A DNA stretch of 64,000 nucleotides from Chrysomallon squamiferum (lineage: Eukaryota; Animalia; Mollusca), in the NCBI GenBank assembly GCA_012295275.1, contig CM022666.1:6386001-6450000 (forward strand). The letters run 5' to 3'. The notes below the pieces were generated by a model. The model searched no databases. It worked only from the letters and a program-made list of their open reading frames with translations, and had not been told where the DNA came from. Of this stretch, positions 1-21,999 are shown one piece after another (position 1 is the stretch's first letter; the number at the start of each line of letters is the position of its first letter). The position numbers and the translations under genes are program-made.

Positions 1-449
1 CTTTCACTCTCTCTTTTTCTCACTATTAATATGGTAAAATCTATTGATTTCATTTCAAGAATTTGTCAGTTTTGTATACAATAAATAATAAAGATTTCTA
101 AAAATATTTAGAAATAAATAATTTAAAAAAACAACAACAAAAAACGCCTAAATCAATCAGTTAATCAATCCATTCAAAGAAAGAAAATAAACAGATACAT
201 CGAAACCACAAACCGATATATCGCTAGGTAGATAGATTCATAGATATAAATACACAGAATTAAGAATTTCGATCCTTGGGTGTGCGTATTAAACTTTTGG
301 AAATTACTATTATTAACATTTTTAAAGTTAATATAGGTGGATATTCATACCTTAATATTACTTAATTAAGACGCATATAATGTGTATGTCTGATGCTTCC
401 AAGTATAAAGTAGCCCCTTGTATGTGTGAGTATATCTGTCTGTCTGTCT

Positions 450-505
<56 letters not shown>

Positions 506-1086
506 CTTAAGAAATATGTGTAATGTCTGATTCACCTAGAAAATATATCAATATGGCTGTAAGTAGATTCTCCTCTGTCTGTAATCGATGGAGAATTTCA
601 GGAGACAGGCTAGTGCGAGGACCAGAACCCAGCAGAACACTTATTTTATTTATTTATTGTTATTTTTTCTTTTTCTTCTGAAAGTGAACAAATTTGAGTT
701 CAACATTCCATTCAGTTTTATTGTTATATCCTAACCAACAAACATGCCTTTAATGTCACAGTTTGCTCTTTCTCTGTGAGTGTCTAGGTTTCCCATGGAT
801 CAGCATCAATTATAGCCATGAAAATTATTGTTTTATTTCAGTGGTTTCATATCTGTTCTGAAAGGTTTAGGAATTATACATATTTTCTGATAGTGCATAT
901 ATACGCATAAAGCAAGAAGCACCGATAGATATTAATCACATGCTTGTGTATATGTGTGTCTGTGACTGTGTGTTTGTGAGTGTTTGTGTATGTGTTTGTG
1001 TGTATGTATGTGTGTGTGTGTGTGTGTGTACATGTATCTGAAAGACAGACAGATCTGTATGACATATTGTTTATTTTTGTTAATCC

Positions 1087-2620
1087 GGTTCATATTAATT
1101 TTCATAGCTGTGACCATAATGCATTTTCTCACTTTTAACAAATTAACACTTGCAATGGACAGATGTTACATTATATCGAGTAAGCTGTGATATGATGATA
1201 ACTATCAATATATTTAGTTTCAGGTAATAGGTAACATAATATTATTTAGTTCCATAACAAATCGGATGTGTGTAACTGATACTGACAGCACATTTGATCG
1301 AGTATTTCCTCTGCCTTTGCAGGGAACGTGTTTATTTATTTATTTAGTTATTGTATTTTTCTTTCTTCTTTTCTCCTGCTTATTTAAAATATTGTAATCC
1401 TATTGGTAAATCTAGATGATTTACCGTGGGTTTAAATTAAAGTTATTTCATCGTATAACAAGACTACAGTGATATCTACCAATCAGTTTTGCTAGAAAAG
1501 TTTACACGGAACTTTTACTACATAAAAATTACTATACTATTTGATTGTGAATACAAAACTGATAAATAGGTAAATATAAAATATTACATATACTTCTAGA
1601 TAGTCAGAAATATTCAGTCTACAGCTGCAAAGTTCCCGAATCTGTGTTGAGAAATTTTTTCTTTCTTTCTTTCTTTTTACTACGACTTGCGCAAGTCAGT
1701 ACTCGATAGGAAAACTCAACATCAGTGAAACCTTCACGAAAAACTAAGTGTTTTTATTTAGACTGTAAAATCACAGAATCAGATAAAATTTAAGTTGTGA
1801 CAAAAAGTATATGCTGTGAGAAATTATTTGATATATTTTTTAATTTGTTATTTGTGTTAGCAATCTAGAAACTGTAGACCACTCTGTCAAAACAATGCCT
1901 CTCCTTAAAACTACACTGTTCAAACTAATATGGTTCATTATCTTCAAATAAATATTTACATGTAGTTCTTATATTCAACTTTTAAGTGTAAAATCAACCT
2001 CAGTTATTAACATTTACGTTCATTTCCAGTTACTCGATAGTAATTTTGTATCAGTGACTGAGCCAAAAGTACATTATAATCGAAACATAAATATGAATGT
2101 ATGTATGTGACTATGTATGTGTGTATGTAAATATGTATTTAAAATATTCAGTTAGTACGAAGTTAAAATCAGATTCTATAAAAATCTATACTCGATAGTA
2201 ATTTTGTATCAATGCCTGAGCCAAAAGTACATTATAATCGAAACATAAATATGAATGTATGTATGTGTCTGTGTATGTGTGTATTTAAATATGTATTTAA
2301 AATATTCAGTTAGTACGAAGTTAAAATCAGATTCTATAAAAATCTATACTCGATAGTAATTTTGTGTCAATGACTGCGCCAAAAGTACATTATAATCGAA
2401 ACATAAATATGAATGTATGTATGTGACTGTGTCTGTGTGTGTGTAAATATGTATTTAAAATATTCAGTTAGTACGAAGTTAAAATCAGATTAAATGGAAG
2501 CTAAAAACATAACCAGAAGCATGGTCAGATGAACAGTGCAATTACAAGGCACGGGCACACTGCATGGGTTGTTGTCCTGGGGTACCATGGTCCCGTACAG
2601 TCTACGTATGTTGTGGGTCT
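1087..2620 (+). pseudogene. Diverged duplicate of the PLA2 locus lacking the coding exons
   Basis: 1087-1400 aligns by eye to 3214-3575 (upstream region, UTR exon, intron start). 1408-2620 aligns to 5093-5878 (downstream flank). No counterpart of ~3580-5090 is present. Confidence 0.75.
2031..2490. repeat. 158-bp tandem repeat, ~2.9 copies
   Basis: TACTCGATAGTAATTTTG starts at 2031, 2189 and 2347, with near-identical units. Confidence 0.95.
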
Positions 2621-3424
2621 TTGCATTTTGGTTTGTATCTTTGTTTATTGATATTTTATGTACTAACTTTATTACTTCAATATATTTCAAATTTAATGTA
2701 AAAGACTGTATAAAATAACTAAGCTATACTCTACGATAACTAAATAAATGTGAAATTGCATGAACGTCATATATGTGTGTGAAAATGCTAAAATGCAGGT
2801 CGGTAAATATTTGAAGAAAAAAAGAGAAGAAAAAGAAACGCCTGGCTGCCAGTTTAATAAGAGCAGGAGTAACAGAATAAAATATACAATTAATATTCTG
2901 TATGCATTGCTATAAGATATACTATAGCTACAACACAGAAAGTCAGACATATATTTAAGCGTTCCGATAAAAGTATAACAATGAATTAGAATAATATATA
3001 AAAGAGAAACCTTTAAATGTCAGTATACCGATTTTCAATTTATTTAAAATCTTCTTGATTTTATTTTTGCTAAAATTTACATGAAAATGTCTTTCAACAG
3101 ACAATATTATAATTTCTCTTAATCTCACCTGGCTCATCGTTAACACCTGATGTATCTTTATTAGCTTTAATTTTGAAACACTCCTTTCACAACTGGCACT
3201 GGAAATAATGATTGGTTCATATTAATTCTCATTGCTTGCAGGCATGTCTGAGACGTGCTTCACAACAGCTCGCTCTGATTTTACGTTACATTATCATAAT
3301 TAATTTTTTCACTTTTAAACAAATTTACACTTTCAGTGACCACATGTTGCATCATTTTGTGTATAGCTGTCGTATAATGATAACTATTAGCTTATTGCAT
3401 TACTGACAAAAGATCAAATTTTTT

Positions 3425-3486
3425 TCAATAAATACGCTACAGCATCTTTGTTCAAGCATTTTCAAACCTGCCTTCAGAACGTAAGT
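3425..3486 (+). promoter_or_regulatory. Probable core promoter and non-coding first exon of the PLA2 gene
   Basis: AT-rich TATA-like ATAAATA near 3428, strong donor GAAC|GTAAGT at 3481, and an acceptor (AACAG, ending 3908) one base before the ATG at 3910. Confidence 0.5.
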
Positions 3487-3909
3487 GTTTATTTACTTAT
3501 TTACTTACTATAGGTTTTTTTTTCTTCGTTTTTTTCCTTTATTCATTGCCTGCTTATTTCAATTACTGTAATGCTATTTAATTCATTAAGACAGTTTATT
3601 AATATTTTTCTTATATGTTATCCCGTAACAGGAGAGAAAAAAAAAAAAGAAAAAAAAAAGGCAGTATATTCTTTTAAATATTTAAAACATAAAATCTAAT
3701 TAATTGATAAACAGTCTTAATAAATTAAATAGCATTACAATAATTTAAATAAGCAGGCAATAAATAAATTAATTTTAAAAAAATACAAAAATACAAAAAT
3801 TAAATAACAAAATAAATAAATAATTATCTTTTTCATATTACCAGATATTTAAAAAAAAAATGTTAAAGCTTTATTTCTAACGTAATCTATTTTTCAAGTA
3901 TTTAACAGA

Positions 3910-4152
3910 ATGTGGAAAGAACTCTTTCTGGTTAGCCTTCTTTGCCTGAGCATTCAGGTTGGAACGGGAAGCATATGTTCGAGAAAATCTGATGGTTGCA
4001 GTGTTTGGTCAATTGTCCCGTACAAACACCATTTCAGGAGTGCCTGTGACAAACACGACATATGTTACTACTGTGTAAGGTTTTTACCGTTTGTCTACTT
4101 CTTTTTCAGGTTATTCTTATTCTTATTCTTATTCTTATTCTTATTCTTATTC

Positions 4153-4184
<32 letters not shown>

Positions 4185-4833
4185 TTGAAATATTTTAATT
4201 CGTAAAGTTAATTTGGTACTTCTATCAGTTGTTATAATAATTACACAGTATGATAATTTTCTAACATGTTGAATTATACATGTCAGACACTTTAATAGAT
4301 TCTAAAAGATATTAATAGAAACTAAAGAACTATAATTCTTATTTAATAATTATGGCGGCAAAATAATAATAATAATAACAAGAACAAAAACAGCAAGAAA
4401 AAGAAGAAGAAGCAGCAATAATAATAACAATAATAAACCAACAACAACAATCACAACAATTATAATAACAACAGCAATAACAACAACAATAATATCAAAA
4501 AACCATAATAAATAACAACACTAACAACAACAACAGTAAACATAATAACAGTAAGAACGATAGTAATATTAACGACAATAAGATAGGAGTATAATAATAA
4601 TATGTTTTTGAGTTTTGTGTGTTTATTACTATTTTCAGGCCGAGTACAAGGGTCGGAACAAAAATTACTGCGATAGTAAGTTTTACCGCGACATGAAACG
4701 TCTGTGTGGAGGTTGGTTTTGTAGAACAATGGCGTGGACCTATATGAAAGCAGTTAGATGGTTTGGATCGAGATATTACGTAAAATCGTCGCCACCTTGG
4801 TGTAATGCTTCATGTGTTTCGAGATATATGTAA
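3910..4833 (+). CDS. Secreted conodipine-like (group IX/XIV-like) phospholipase A2, 119 aa, 2 coding exons
   Basis: Exons 3910-4074 and 4639-4833 are joined by a phase-0 GTAAGG...TTTTCAG intron. Signal peptide MWKELFLVSLLCLSIQVGTG. Family motifs DGCS, ACDKHDICYYC (catalytic His-Asp), CDSKFYRDM..LC and AWTYMKAVRWFG. 10 Cys in the mature part. Confidence 0.9.
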
Positions 4834-6857
4834 ATAATAGTAATAATAACAGTAACAACAACAACAACAACAGTAATTTTAAAAATAATAGCATCAACAA
4901 CACCAATAATATAATAAAAATAATAACAACAAAAATTATAAGAATAATAACTAGAAAAGCAATAATAAAAACTAGAAGAAAAAGAAACACAAAAACCCCA
5001 CCAATTAGCCTTGTTTTATTTTTTATTTTATTTTTCATACAGATCATTTATCATTCATTTAAATTATCTGTAGAATCATTATTTTTACCAATCATCTAGA
5101 TGATTTTACATAAGTTTAAATTAACGTTATTTCATCTTATAGCGATATACAAGGTAAAAAAAATTCAGATTTCAGGACTCTATCTACCAATCATTTCTGC
5201 TAGAAACGTTTACACGGAACTTTTATTACATTAAAATTACTATACCATTTGATTGTGAATATAAAACTCATATATAGTTAAAGATACATTTTTGCATATA
5301 CTTCTAGATAGTCAGAAATATTCAGTTTACAGGTGCAAAGTTACCGAATCCATGTTGAGACATTATTTTTTTTTTTTCACTTCAACTTTAGCGGATCAGT
5401 ATTCGATAGGGAAACTCAACATCGGTGAAACCTTCATGAAAAATTAAGTGTTTTTATTTAGACAGTGATCATATAAAATTTGAACTGCGACAAAAGATGT
5501 AGCCTATGAGAAATTATTTGATAATTTTTGAATATGTTATATTCAGCTTTTAATTTGCATTCATTTCCAGTTACTCGATTTACTCGATGTTAAACAATAC
5601 GTTAATCCTTCATGTGTGACTGAGCCAAAAGTACCTTATATTGTGTGTCTGTGTGTGTGTGTGTGTGTGTGTTTAAATTATTCAGTTAGTGAACTGTTTT
5701 CGTACGAAGTTAAAATTAGATTAGATGGAAGCTAAAAACATAACGAAAAAGATGCAACAGGCCAGAAGCATGATCAGATGAACAGTGCAATGGCACAGGC
5801 ACGGGCACACTGCATGGGCTGTTGCCCTGGGGTACCGCGGGTCCATGGACCCATCCAATCTATGGATGTTGTGGGTCCGTGGTGACCAATACGTGGATCG
5901 GGATTGACCGGTCGATTGCATAGACTGTTTGGGTAGATCGCATGACACTAAGAAATAGCCTATCATCCATCCTGCAAGTGCAAGTGCAAGTCATCTGAGG
6001 TGATGGCCAAAGATGTACAGACTTGTATTGTGCCATACAGGTTCGTGCTGTTATGCAAGGTACACCAGCATTTGTTGTAAACATTAAAGGGGGGTATAAA
6101 TAAATTTTTAAAAATGTTTTATTTTTTTTTTTGGGGTAGGGATCATTTTATTGGGACCTGTAGGTTAACATTTTAACATTATTTACACAAATAATAGAAG
6201 CAACGAAATGCCGGAAGTAAAGTCAAATGATCTCATCTGTTGTTACTGATATTATTTTAAGAAACTATTTTTATTCACCCACTACCATTGTAAACGGAAA
6301 TATTGAAACGTAATATATGTTTTAATTATATATTAATTAATACATTAAATTTAAAAACACGCGCATCGCAAATCTGATACCTACAATTTCTGAAATAACG
6401 TGTAGGAAACAATGAAGGAATTAAGTGGTCTAATTTTGCTGTTACGACATCTGTGTTAAACTAACATGTGTTTAAAGCATTTATGTTATTATTACCGTGG
6501 TCATCGTCGTCGTCATCTTCATCATCATGATCATGAGATGATTCCACTGTTTCAGTTCGTTACTTTGGTGCATTAATCTTCCAGTATTCAAGATTAGTAC
6601 ATTTAAAATTACATTTTAAAAAACATTTTTGTGACAATTAATTAGTAATAATTTATTCTACAAGCCAAACTTAGTTGCTCTATCTCTCCCTTTCATAGAT
6701 TAAATAAACAAATGTATATGTTGGTTTGTTTTGTAAACGAAAAACATTTATTATAACAAAGGTTGTAGCTAATTTCTCATGTACAAATTAAGTATGGTTT
6801 CTGAAAATGTAAATGGCAATATTCATTGTTTTGGCGAACCGTCTAAATATGTGTTCA

Positions 6858-6894
<37 letters not shown>

Positions 6895-7019
6895 CTTTAG
6901 GATGACGCCTATAAATTTTTACCTTTTTTTTATCCTCTTCTACTTCCTCATTCTTTTGTTCTTTGTTTCTTTGTTCTATACTTTTCTGTTTTTTCTTCCG
7001 TATCACACATACAACACGT

Positions 7020-7890
7020 ATTTCATTCATTATTTCACTATTTCATTGTTTTATTCTTTCATTATTTTATTATTTCATTGTTCCATTATTTGATTATCTC
7101 ATTCATTCATTCATTATTACATTCATTCATTTCTTCTTTATTTCATTCATTCATTCTATCGTTATTTCATTTTATTATACATTCATTGTTTCATTATTAC
7201 ATTCATTCATTTATTTTTTTTTATTTCATTCATTCATTCATTCATTCTATCGTTACTTCATTTTATTATTCATTCATTGTTTCATTATTTCATTAATTCA
7301 TTATTTCATTGTTTCATTGTTCCATTTATTATTTCATTTATCCATTCAATTTATTTCATTTATTCATTATTTCGTTCGTTCATTCATTCATTATGTCATT
7401 CATTCATTCAGTCAATCATTCATTTTATTTTGTCTCATTCATTCATTGTTTCATTATTTCATTCATTCATCTATTATTTCATTGTCTCATTATCTCGTTA
7501 TTTCACTCATTCACTGCTTGATTATTTCATCATTTCATCTCATCTCATATCTCATATCTTATCTGATCATCTCATCAGCTCATCTTATCTGATAATCTCA
7601 TCTCGAAATCTCATCTCATCTTATCTCATCTGATCATCTCATCATCTCATTCTCATCATCTCATCATCATCTCATCATCATCTCATCTCATCTCATCTCA
7701 TCTCATCTCATCTCATATCATCTTATCTCATCTCATCTCATCTCATATCATCTTATCTCATATCATCTCATATCATCTTATCTCATATCATCTCATCATC
7801 TCATCTCATCTCATCTCATCTCATCTCATCTCATCTCATCTCATATCATCTCATCTCATCTCATATCATCTCATCATCTCATTGCATCTC
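7020..7890. repeat. Degenerate (TTCA)n followed by (ATCTC)n satellite
   Basis: Direct reading; explains the F/I/H/S-rich ORFs at 6963-7633. Confidence 0.95.
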
Positions 7891-8229
7891 ATTTTATTAT
7901 TTACTGTTTTTTATTGTTTTATTATTATTATTATTATTTTTTTTTTTAAATAATTCCTCACAATTATTTTATAATTTTATAACCTTGAATGCAGCAGCTG
8001 TAGTCATACAACTTTTTCATTTCTTCAAATAAGTAAGGCACAACTTCTAACACCAAAAACTTATCATCTTTTAATATTTAAACATTTAATTTAGCCAACA
8101 TGTAATTGTCAGCACTGAATAAACAGTGGCAAAATGCAAAATGTTGACAGTACATGTATGTAACAAAAATATACATGGAGTTTTCTACATTGATATGAAC
8201 TCACCAAAACTAATCCAATAAAATTCATC

Positions 8230-8415
8230 TGGAGATGTGTCAAGACTAATGACTTCTGACCACAGCTAATCCAGTCATACTGAACTTGAAGTAAGTCAGA
8301 TTAGTGATTTCTGACTGTAACTTATCCAGTAAAACTGAATTTGAGGTATGTCAGATTAGTGATTTCTGACCACAACTAATCCAGTACTGAACTTGAGATG
8401 TGTCAGATCATGACT
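8230..8415. repeat. ~53-bp minisatellite, ~3.5 copies, downstream of the oxidoreductase stop
   Basis: Recurring GTCAGATTAGTGATTTCTGAC...ATCCAGT...CTGAA.TTGA. Confidence 0.8.
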
Positions 8416-8510
8416 TTTTTTTTATTATCATTTATATCATTCATATCATTTATATCATCATCTATCTAGAAAATAATATAAGACATACATACACACACAC
8501 ACATATATAA

Positions 8511-8552
<42 letters not shown>

Positions 8553-8729
8553 ACACAGATACACACATACATACATTGATACACACATACAATGTTTAGA
8601 AATGTGCATATTTTTGGAACTTTATAGTGAAATATCAAAAGAGACAACAACAATCAAAAAAATAAAGTGAAACTGTATAAACTGTATAAACTGTCTTATT
8701 GCCAGTTGTAAACTGTAATGAGCAAAGGT

Positions 8730-15902
<7,173 letters not shown>

Positions 15903-16285
15903 GTTTTTCTACCTGCCTTTATCAGCTTCCTCACGTCGCGTGCGATATACTGGATACATGCGGTTCACTATCTCATCTGCGACACACTGGATATATTCAG
16001 CTCATTTTGACGTCTGTTGTTACGTGCTGGATGTAAGCGGACAGACGCGGTTAGTTCTGGTAAAAAGCAAATTAAACCGACTCAGTCTTTTGTGATTTAT
16101 TTATACACACGGCGTTCACTGACTCCGTAGTGGCAAGTAAGAACAGCATTATTACTACCTGCTGAGACTATCAATATAGGCATTTTATAATATATATATA
16201 TAAATTATGTGTGTCTTTATGTATGTAAGTATATCTATGTATGGGTTTTTGTATATTTTTATGAATGTCTTTGTATGTATAGAAT

Positions 16286-16333
<48 letters not shown>

Positions 16334-16872
16334 CGGGACTGTTTAGAAGGTTATAAAGATCTGGGCAAAAACAGACAATAAAATGATTAACTGAATTATA
16401 ATAATAAAAACGTTTTTGAATAAATATATGTGTGTGAAATGTATTCATGCATTCAGAATAATGTGCTGGAAAAACATGTTCTGTCTGTCTGTCTATCTGT
16501 CTGACAAATATTTTCTTGTTATCTGTGTTCAAATTCACTCACATGTAAAGCTGATTGAGCTGTAAAATAAAGTCGAGCAAAGCTTATTAAAAAATAAAAC
16601 ACGTTTTTCAGTTTCTCGAAGTATCTCAATTAGTTTCTTTACTCACAAACAATATCGTGTTTTAATTATTGATTTCACTGACGCAAACATCCAATGTTTT
16701 GGCATGTTTATGTCACTGCGAACTCTTTTTTGTTTCTTGTTGGAATACTGCAGCTGAAGATACTTTAGATTTAGTCATGACATTGTCTCTAGCTATCAGT
16801 AGTCTCTTGCCCATCTTTTCAAGTGTGAATGTGTTTGTGTATGTATGGACGATTATTAATGTGTCTCTGTGT

Positions 16873-16903
<31 letters not shown>

Positions 16904-18260
16904 ATGCGTATGTAGAATAAGGATGTATATTATATCGTTATTTATTTCAAATATATCCTTTTCTTTACTAACTAAAACAGAATGGTAATGGATTTTATAC
17001 CAAATAAGGCTAAAGGAAGAAAGCACAAGCAAGGAAGGGCGAATGTGCGTTCATGCGTAGCTATGTGCGCGAGTGTGTATGTCTGAGTTTGTATGTCTGT
17101 GGGTGTTTAATATTTATCCTCTGAAAACAAATGGAAAAAAATCCGCCGCTGCAATACTACATCCAGTTCCTTTCGGCTGCCTTTTATAAAAAGAAAAACA
17201 TATAAAAACGATCTCTTGAAAATCCTGTCCTCGAATATCAATAATCTTTATTCTAGGATACATCACCAATGCACCAGTTACCTTACATGTTCGCTGGAGC
17301 GGCAATCATGTATTATATTCTTCATGAAAGCAAAGAGTTTATTTATGCAGGCCTGTTACATATGACCGACTTTCTTAGGTCGAAATGCTCTCAGCTCTGT
17401 TCAATAATTAACGTTTGCACTTGGAATTTCTTTCAGGCCTCGGTGAACGTAACATTCATTGATTTTTTAGAAACAAACAGAAAACAAGGCTGAATGATCG
17501 AGACTTTAACGTTTTCAGTGCCATGAGGAATTTAGTTATTCTTTCTTCTTTCTTAATGCGATCATATTTGAAGGTTTATATTTATTTACAGCGTATTATG
17601 TACAAATTATCCACTTGTTAATCAAACTGTCTATAGTTATTGCTAATATCAGAATATCATTTATTTAATTATTTGATTTATAAAGCATCTCTTTTCTATA
17701 TTTGTATATTGATTAATGTTTTTGAGATGGGTAAAAGGTGGTTTAATTTACATCGGATGGCTTTTGTATAGTTATTTTAAATAAATATGCGGTTAGAACT
17801 GTTTAAGGTATAGTTTAAGTGTATATGCGGGTATTTGTGTGCGTGCGATCTTTCGTTCGTTATTTACCAGTTATAAACAAAAAATCCAAACGATTAGTAT
17901 GTCTGTAACTACAATTACAACTATTACTATGAATATTACCAATACCACTACTAACGCTACTACTATTACTACTTTTACTATTACTACTATTATTATTATT
18001 ACTGCTATTATTATTGTTGTTGTTGTTATCCTTTTTATTTCTTTTCTTATTTTTTCTTCTTTTTTTAAATTATATTCTGAAACTCATTTGATTTAAAAAT
18101 ATATCCGCCATGTAATATTTTTATATTTCTTTTTGTTCCTTTTTATTGCAAATAAAATTTTACAAATTGTGAATAACTTAAAGTTTCGAAGTTTTTCATG
18201 TCTCATGGACTGATTTCCATTCACTGTCAGAAATTAAAGAATCCGACGCCATTTTGAAGT

Positions 18261-19390
18261 TTATATCCAAGCCAATCTTCTTTCTGTAAATATAAAATAA
18301 TTTTAAATTTAAAAGTTATTTTTCAGTTTTTTCAAAGCAAAGATTTTCATCTTTATCTGCTATCATATTTAACACTATTAATCATCATCATCATGATCAT
18401 CGTCATCGTCATTTGTATCATAAATCTGACACTGTCAAGGTCATTTATTATCACAGCTACTTCTTTCATCATCATCATCATCATCATATTTCTTTATTAA
18501 TGTTAATGTCGTCATCATAATTTAGTTATTTATAAATTTCACTTGTAAGAAAATTCAATAAAATCATACATATTGCATTATGTCATCATATAATTATTAC
18601 CAGACAACAAGCAGAAAGGAAATACAGTTAAGAAATTAATTATTAATTTAATATTTCTGTATATCAGGGCTGCTACTAAATTACTAATTCATAATATATG
18701 TAAATAATTCAGTGCACGATTTGATTGTTCACTTTAAAATGACACTGTTGATTAGAAAATATAGCATATAAAATTCTTAAAACAACGGATGTTAATACAG
18801 TATTAAATACAAATCAATGTATCAGTTTCCAGGGCGGATCCAGTAATTAAGAGCATACATACATATATACACATACGCGCGCGCACACGCACAGACACGT
18901 ATATATATTAACCTTTGTATCTCTTGTTCCACTTCACAACGACATCATCAGGCTGTCCCTGTGGTGGTAAAAAAGATAATACAAATTTTAAAATAATAAT
19001 TGATTACTATTAGTTTTCTTTCTCTCGTTTTAATTTTATTTTATTTCTTGTAGTCATCTGGCTAATAAATAAATAATGTTGACGATGCAAACCTTAATGG
19101 CAAAAATGGCACCATCCGGTTTGGGAAGATCTTTCCACAAAGGGGAATTAACTCGCGCTGGAGAATGACGTTTCCAGAAGCTAGAGTTGTCTCCGTCTGA
19201 CGAAGCGTCACCGGAACTGAATGTTCTACGCGAAGCCAGATATTTTCGTACCTGAAGAAAAAAAAGTTGGAAGACAAAATATTAATTCTTAAATGTTATC
19301 ATAATAAATATCTATATTATGCCTCACTTCATTTCTAAAGATAAGAAACGTATTAATCGTTTATAATTAAATCGACTTTTCTAAGTCAGT

Positions 19391-19472
<82 letters not shown>

Positions 19473-19644
19473 TAATTGTTATGAATAAAGTTTATGTTAT
19501 CCTTACTTCATCGTTGCAAAGACAATGGAGGAAGAAAATTAACATTCCCTGAAAGAAAAGACACACCACTTGGGTTAAAACAAACTATAAGAATACTTTT
19601 TTCTTCTCTGATATTTTTTATTTCCATTTTTTTTTGTTAATTTT

Positions 19645-19691
<47 letters not shown>

Positions 19692-19735
19692 ATTCATCTC
19701 TATTTCTTAATTTGTTTGTAGCAGTATTGGTATTT

Positions 19736-19766
<31 letters not shown>

Positions 19767-20364
19767 TACTCCTTCTTATTATTATTGTAGATATTATTTA
19801 TTTATTCATTCATTAATTTTTGTCATCGTAAAAAGTCAAGGAACATATAATTTCAGCGTACATAGCATTTTACTCATTACCTGAAGTGAGTTTCCGATCA
19901 CGAAGAAGTAATGAAACACGCTACTGAATGGAACCAGAATGCTAAGGAGCCAGGTTGTTCCAAGGAGCGGCAGGAGCATTCCTATTGCACGCAGACTGGC
20001 TCTGTCAGGAAACCAAAATAAAGTCATTTTAATTTTGAACAGCTTTTTATTGGCGTGGCTAGTATATATATCCTAATGCACGCAGGCAAACGCAAAACAG
20101 AAGCATAATTATAGAGTCGTATACTATACTGTTCTTAAATACACATTACACATACGCATTCACACACAGCCGCACACACAATATATACACACATTTATTT
20201 ATTTTATGATGTTGAAGTGAATTAGAATAGAAACAACAACAAAAAAAATTAGACGAAAAAACTATACCTCAAACGTGCTGCCTCAGTCTTTTGTGAATTT
20301 GCTCTCAGGGTAAGAAAAATCTTGATTACCAAAGCCAAGATAATCAAATTAAACTAAAGAAGAA

Positions 20365-20462
<98 letters not shown>

Positions 20463-21438
20463 AAAACAACAACAAAAAAAAGAAAACCTATAAACAACAT
20501 CAAAATAAAATAAAAAATATGTTTTAATTGGAGGTTATAAATATTTAACAATCTTTTGACAATAAAATATGACAATGGAATAAACTCGGTAAAATGTTTC
20601 GTGTTTGATACATTTCCTTTTATTGAGACATCACGGCAAAGAAAATTTTATAAACATACGTAAATATAATCACTTGACAAATTAGGAGACTAGATTAACT
20701 TTTTGAAATGATTTATCAAAAATATTTTAATGCACAGCAAATTCCTTCATAGGTCGAATTATTTTAACAACCGTTATAAATTTTAACAGACAAAGTTCGC
20801 TGATACGCACGACAATAAAGTTTATGATTACAAATATGATGATAATATTACAAATTATCAATTTTTCCAGTCCCTGTTTATAGATTATTTCATTGAAATA
20901 TGTCAAAGTACAAAAGCTAAGATAAAAAATATATATATATGTTTTAAAATACCTTTTCAGTATCTTTCTTTGCACGAGATAATGCGAAATTTCGACGTCT
21001 AAAATCGAGACCTACATTCCTACCATTCATTGATTTGACTGTAGAGATACATTAAGTGATATATACTGATTGATAATATATGTGAACTGATATACTTACT
21101 AACACAACCAAAAGCATCGGACCCATGAAAGCCCAAATTAGTCCATTTTTCAGAGAAAGCCAGCAACTAGGAAAAAGTTAAAATATAAATAAAGATAATC
21201 ATCACTGCTTTAGTTCAGTTTTAAGTCTTGTTAAAAGAAAATATAAAGTGATAATTATGAATGAAAATAAAAGAAAATGTGGTATATACAAAATTTTTAT
21301 AAAATACATTCATATCTATTACTAATAAGTTAAGAGTGACTACATTTGTAACAATTTAAAAGCAGTAATACACAGAGACGATATACTGATATTCAAAATT
21401 CTCCTTATTTTAAATAATAATAATAACGATGATGATAA

Positions 21439-21477
<39 letters not shown>

Positions 21478-21960
21478 GAAGAAGAAGAATGACAATGATA
21501 ATAATAATATTCAGACTGATGTTTAGCAAATAATACCGTGAATATCATTGTTATTTAAAATATTATCACCTGAATAAATAAATTAATAAAATTATAATTG
21601 TCACTTTATAGTAATGTAAAAATAATTCAGCTTATCTGACCTTTGCTCTGTTCCTTGTCCGTAATTGGGAAATTCGACACCAAACGATATAAGAACGATT
21701 ACGATTGGTACACCCCAGCCAATGAACATGTACTTGACACGCATATCTCCATAGTTATAAATGCCACGGGTACAGCTGAGATAGAGGTACAGTCCCTCCA
21801 GCATCATCCACGTAAACGACGCCAGAAAGAAAAAGTGCAGCAATATTGCGACTATTTTGCACATTATCTGGAAGCAGAAGCAAATGCATTGTTTAAGGAA
21901 TTGCTCAGTTTAGAATTTTCTATCCATCTGTCTGTCTCTGACTGTGTCTGTCTCTTTGTC

Positions 21961-21999
<39 letters not shown>

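Noticed and set aside
2031-2490. Regular repeats (also 9203-9396 and 44015-44552) as a CRISPR-like array
   Set aside because: No unique spacers, no cas genes, eukaryotic context.
6963-7633. 209-aa and overlapping F/I/H/S-rich ORFs
   Set aside because: Translations of (TTCA)n/(ATCTC)n satellite; open in several frames, with no domain.
16081-16095. 15-bp match CTCAGTCTTTTGTGA to 20282-20296
   Set aside because: A match of this length is expected by chance in a 64-kb AT-rich window.
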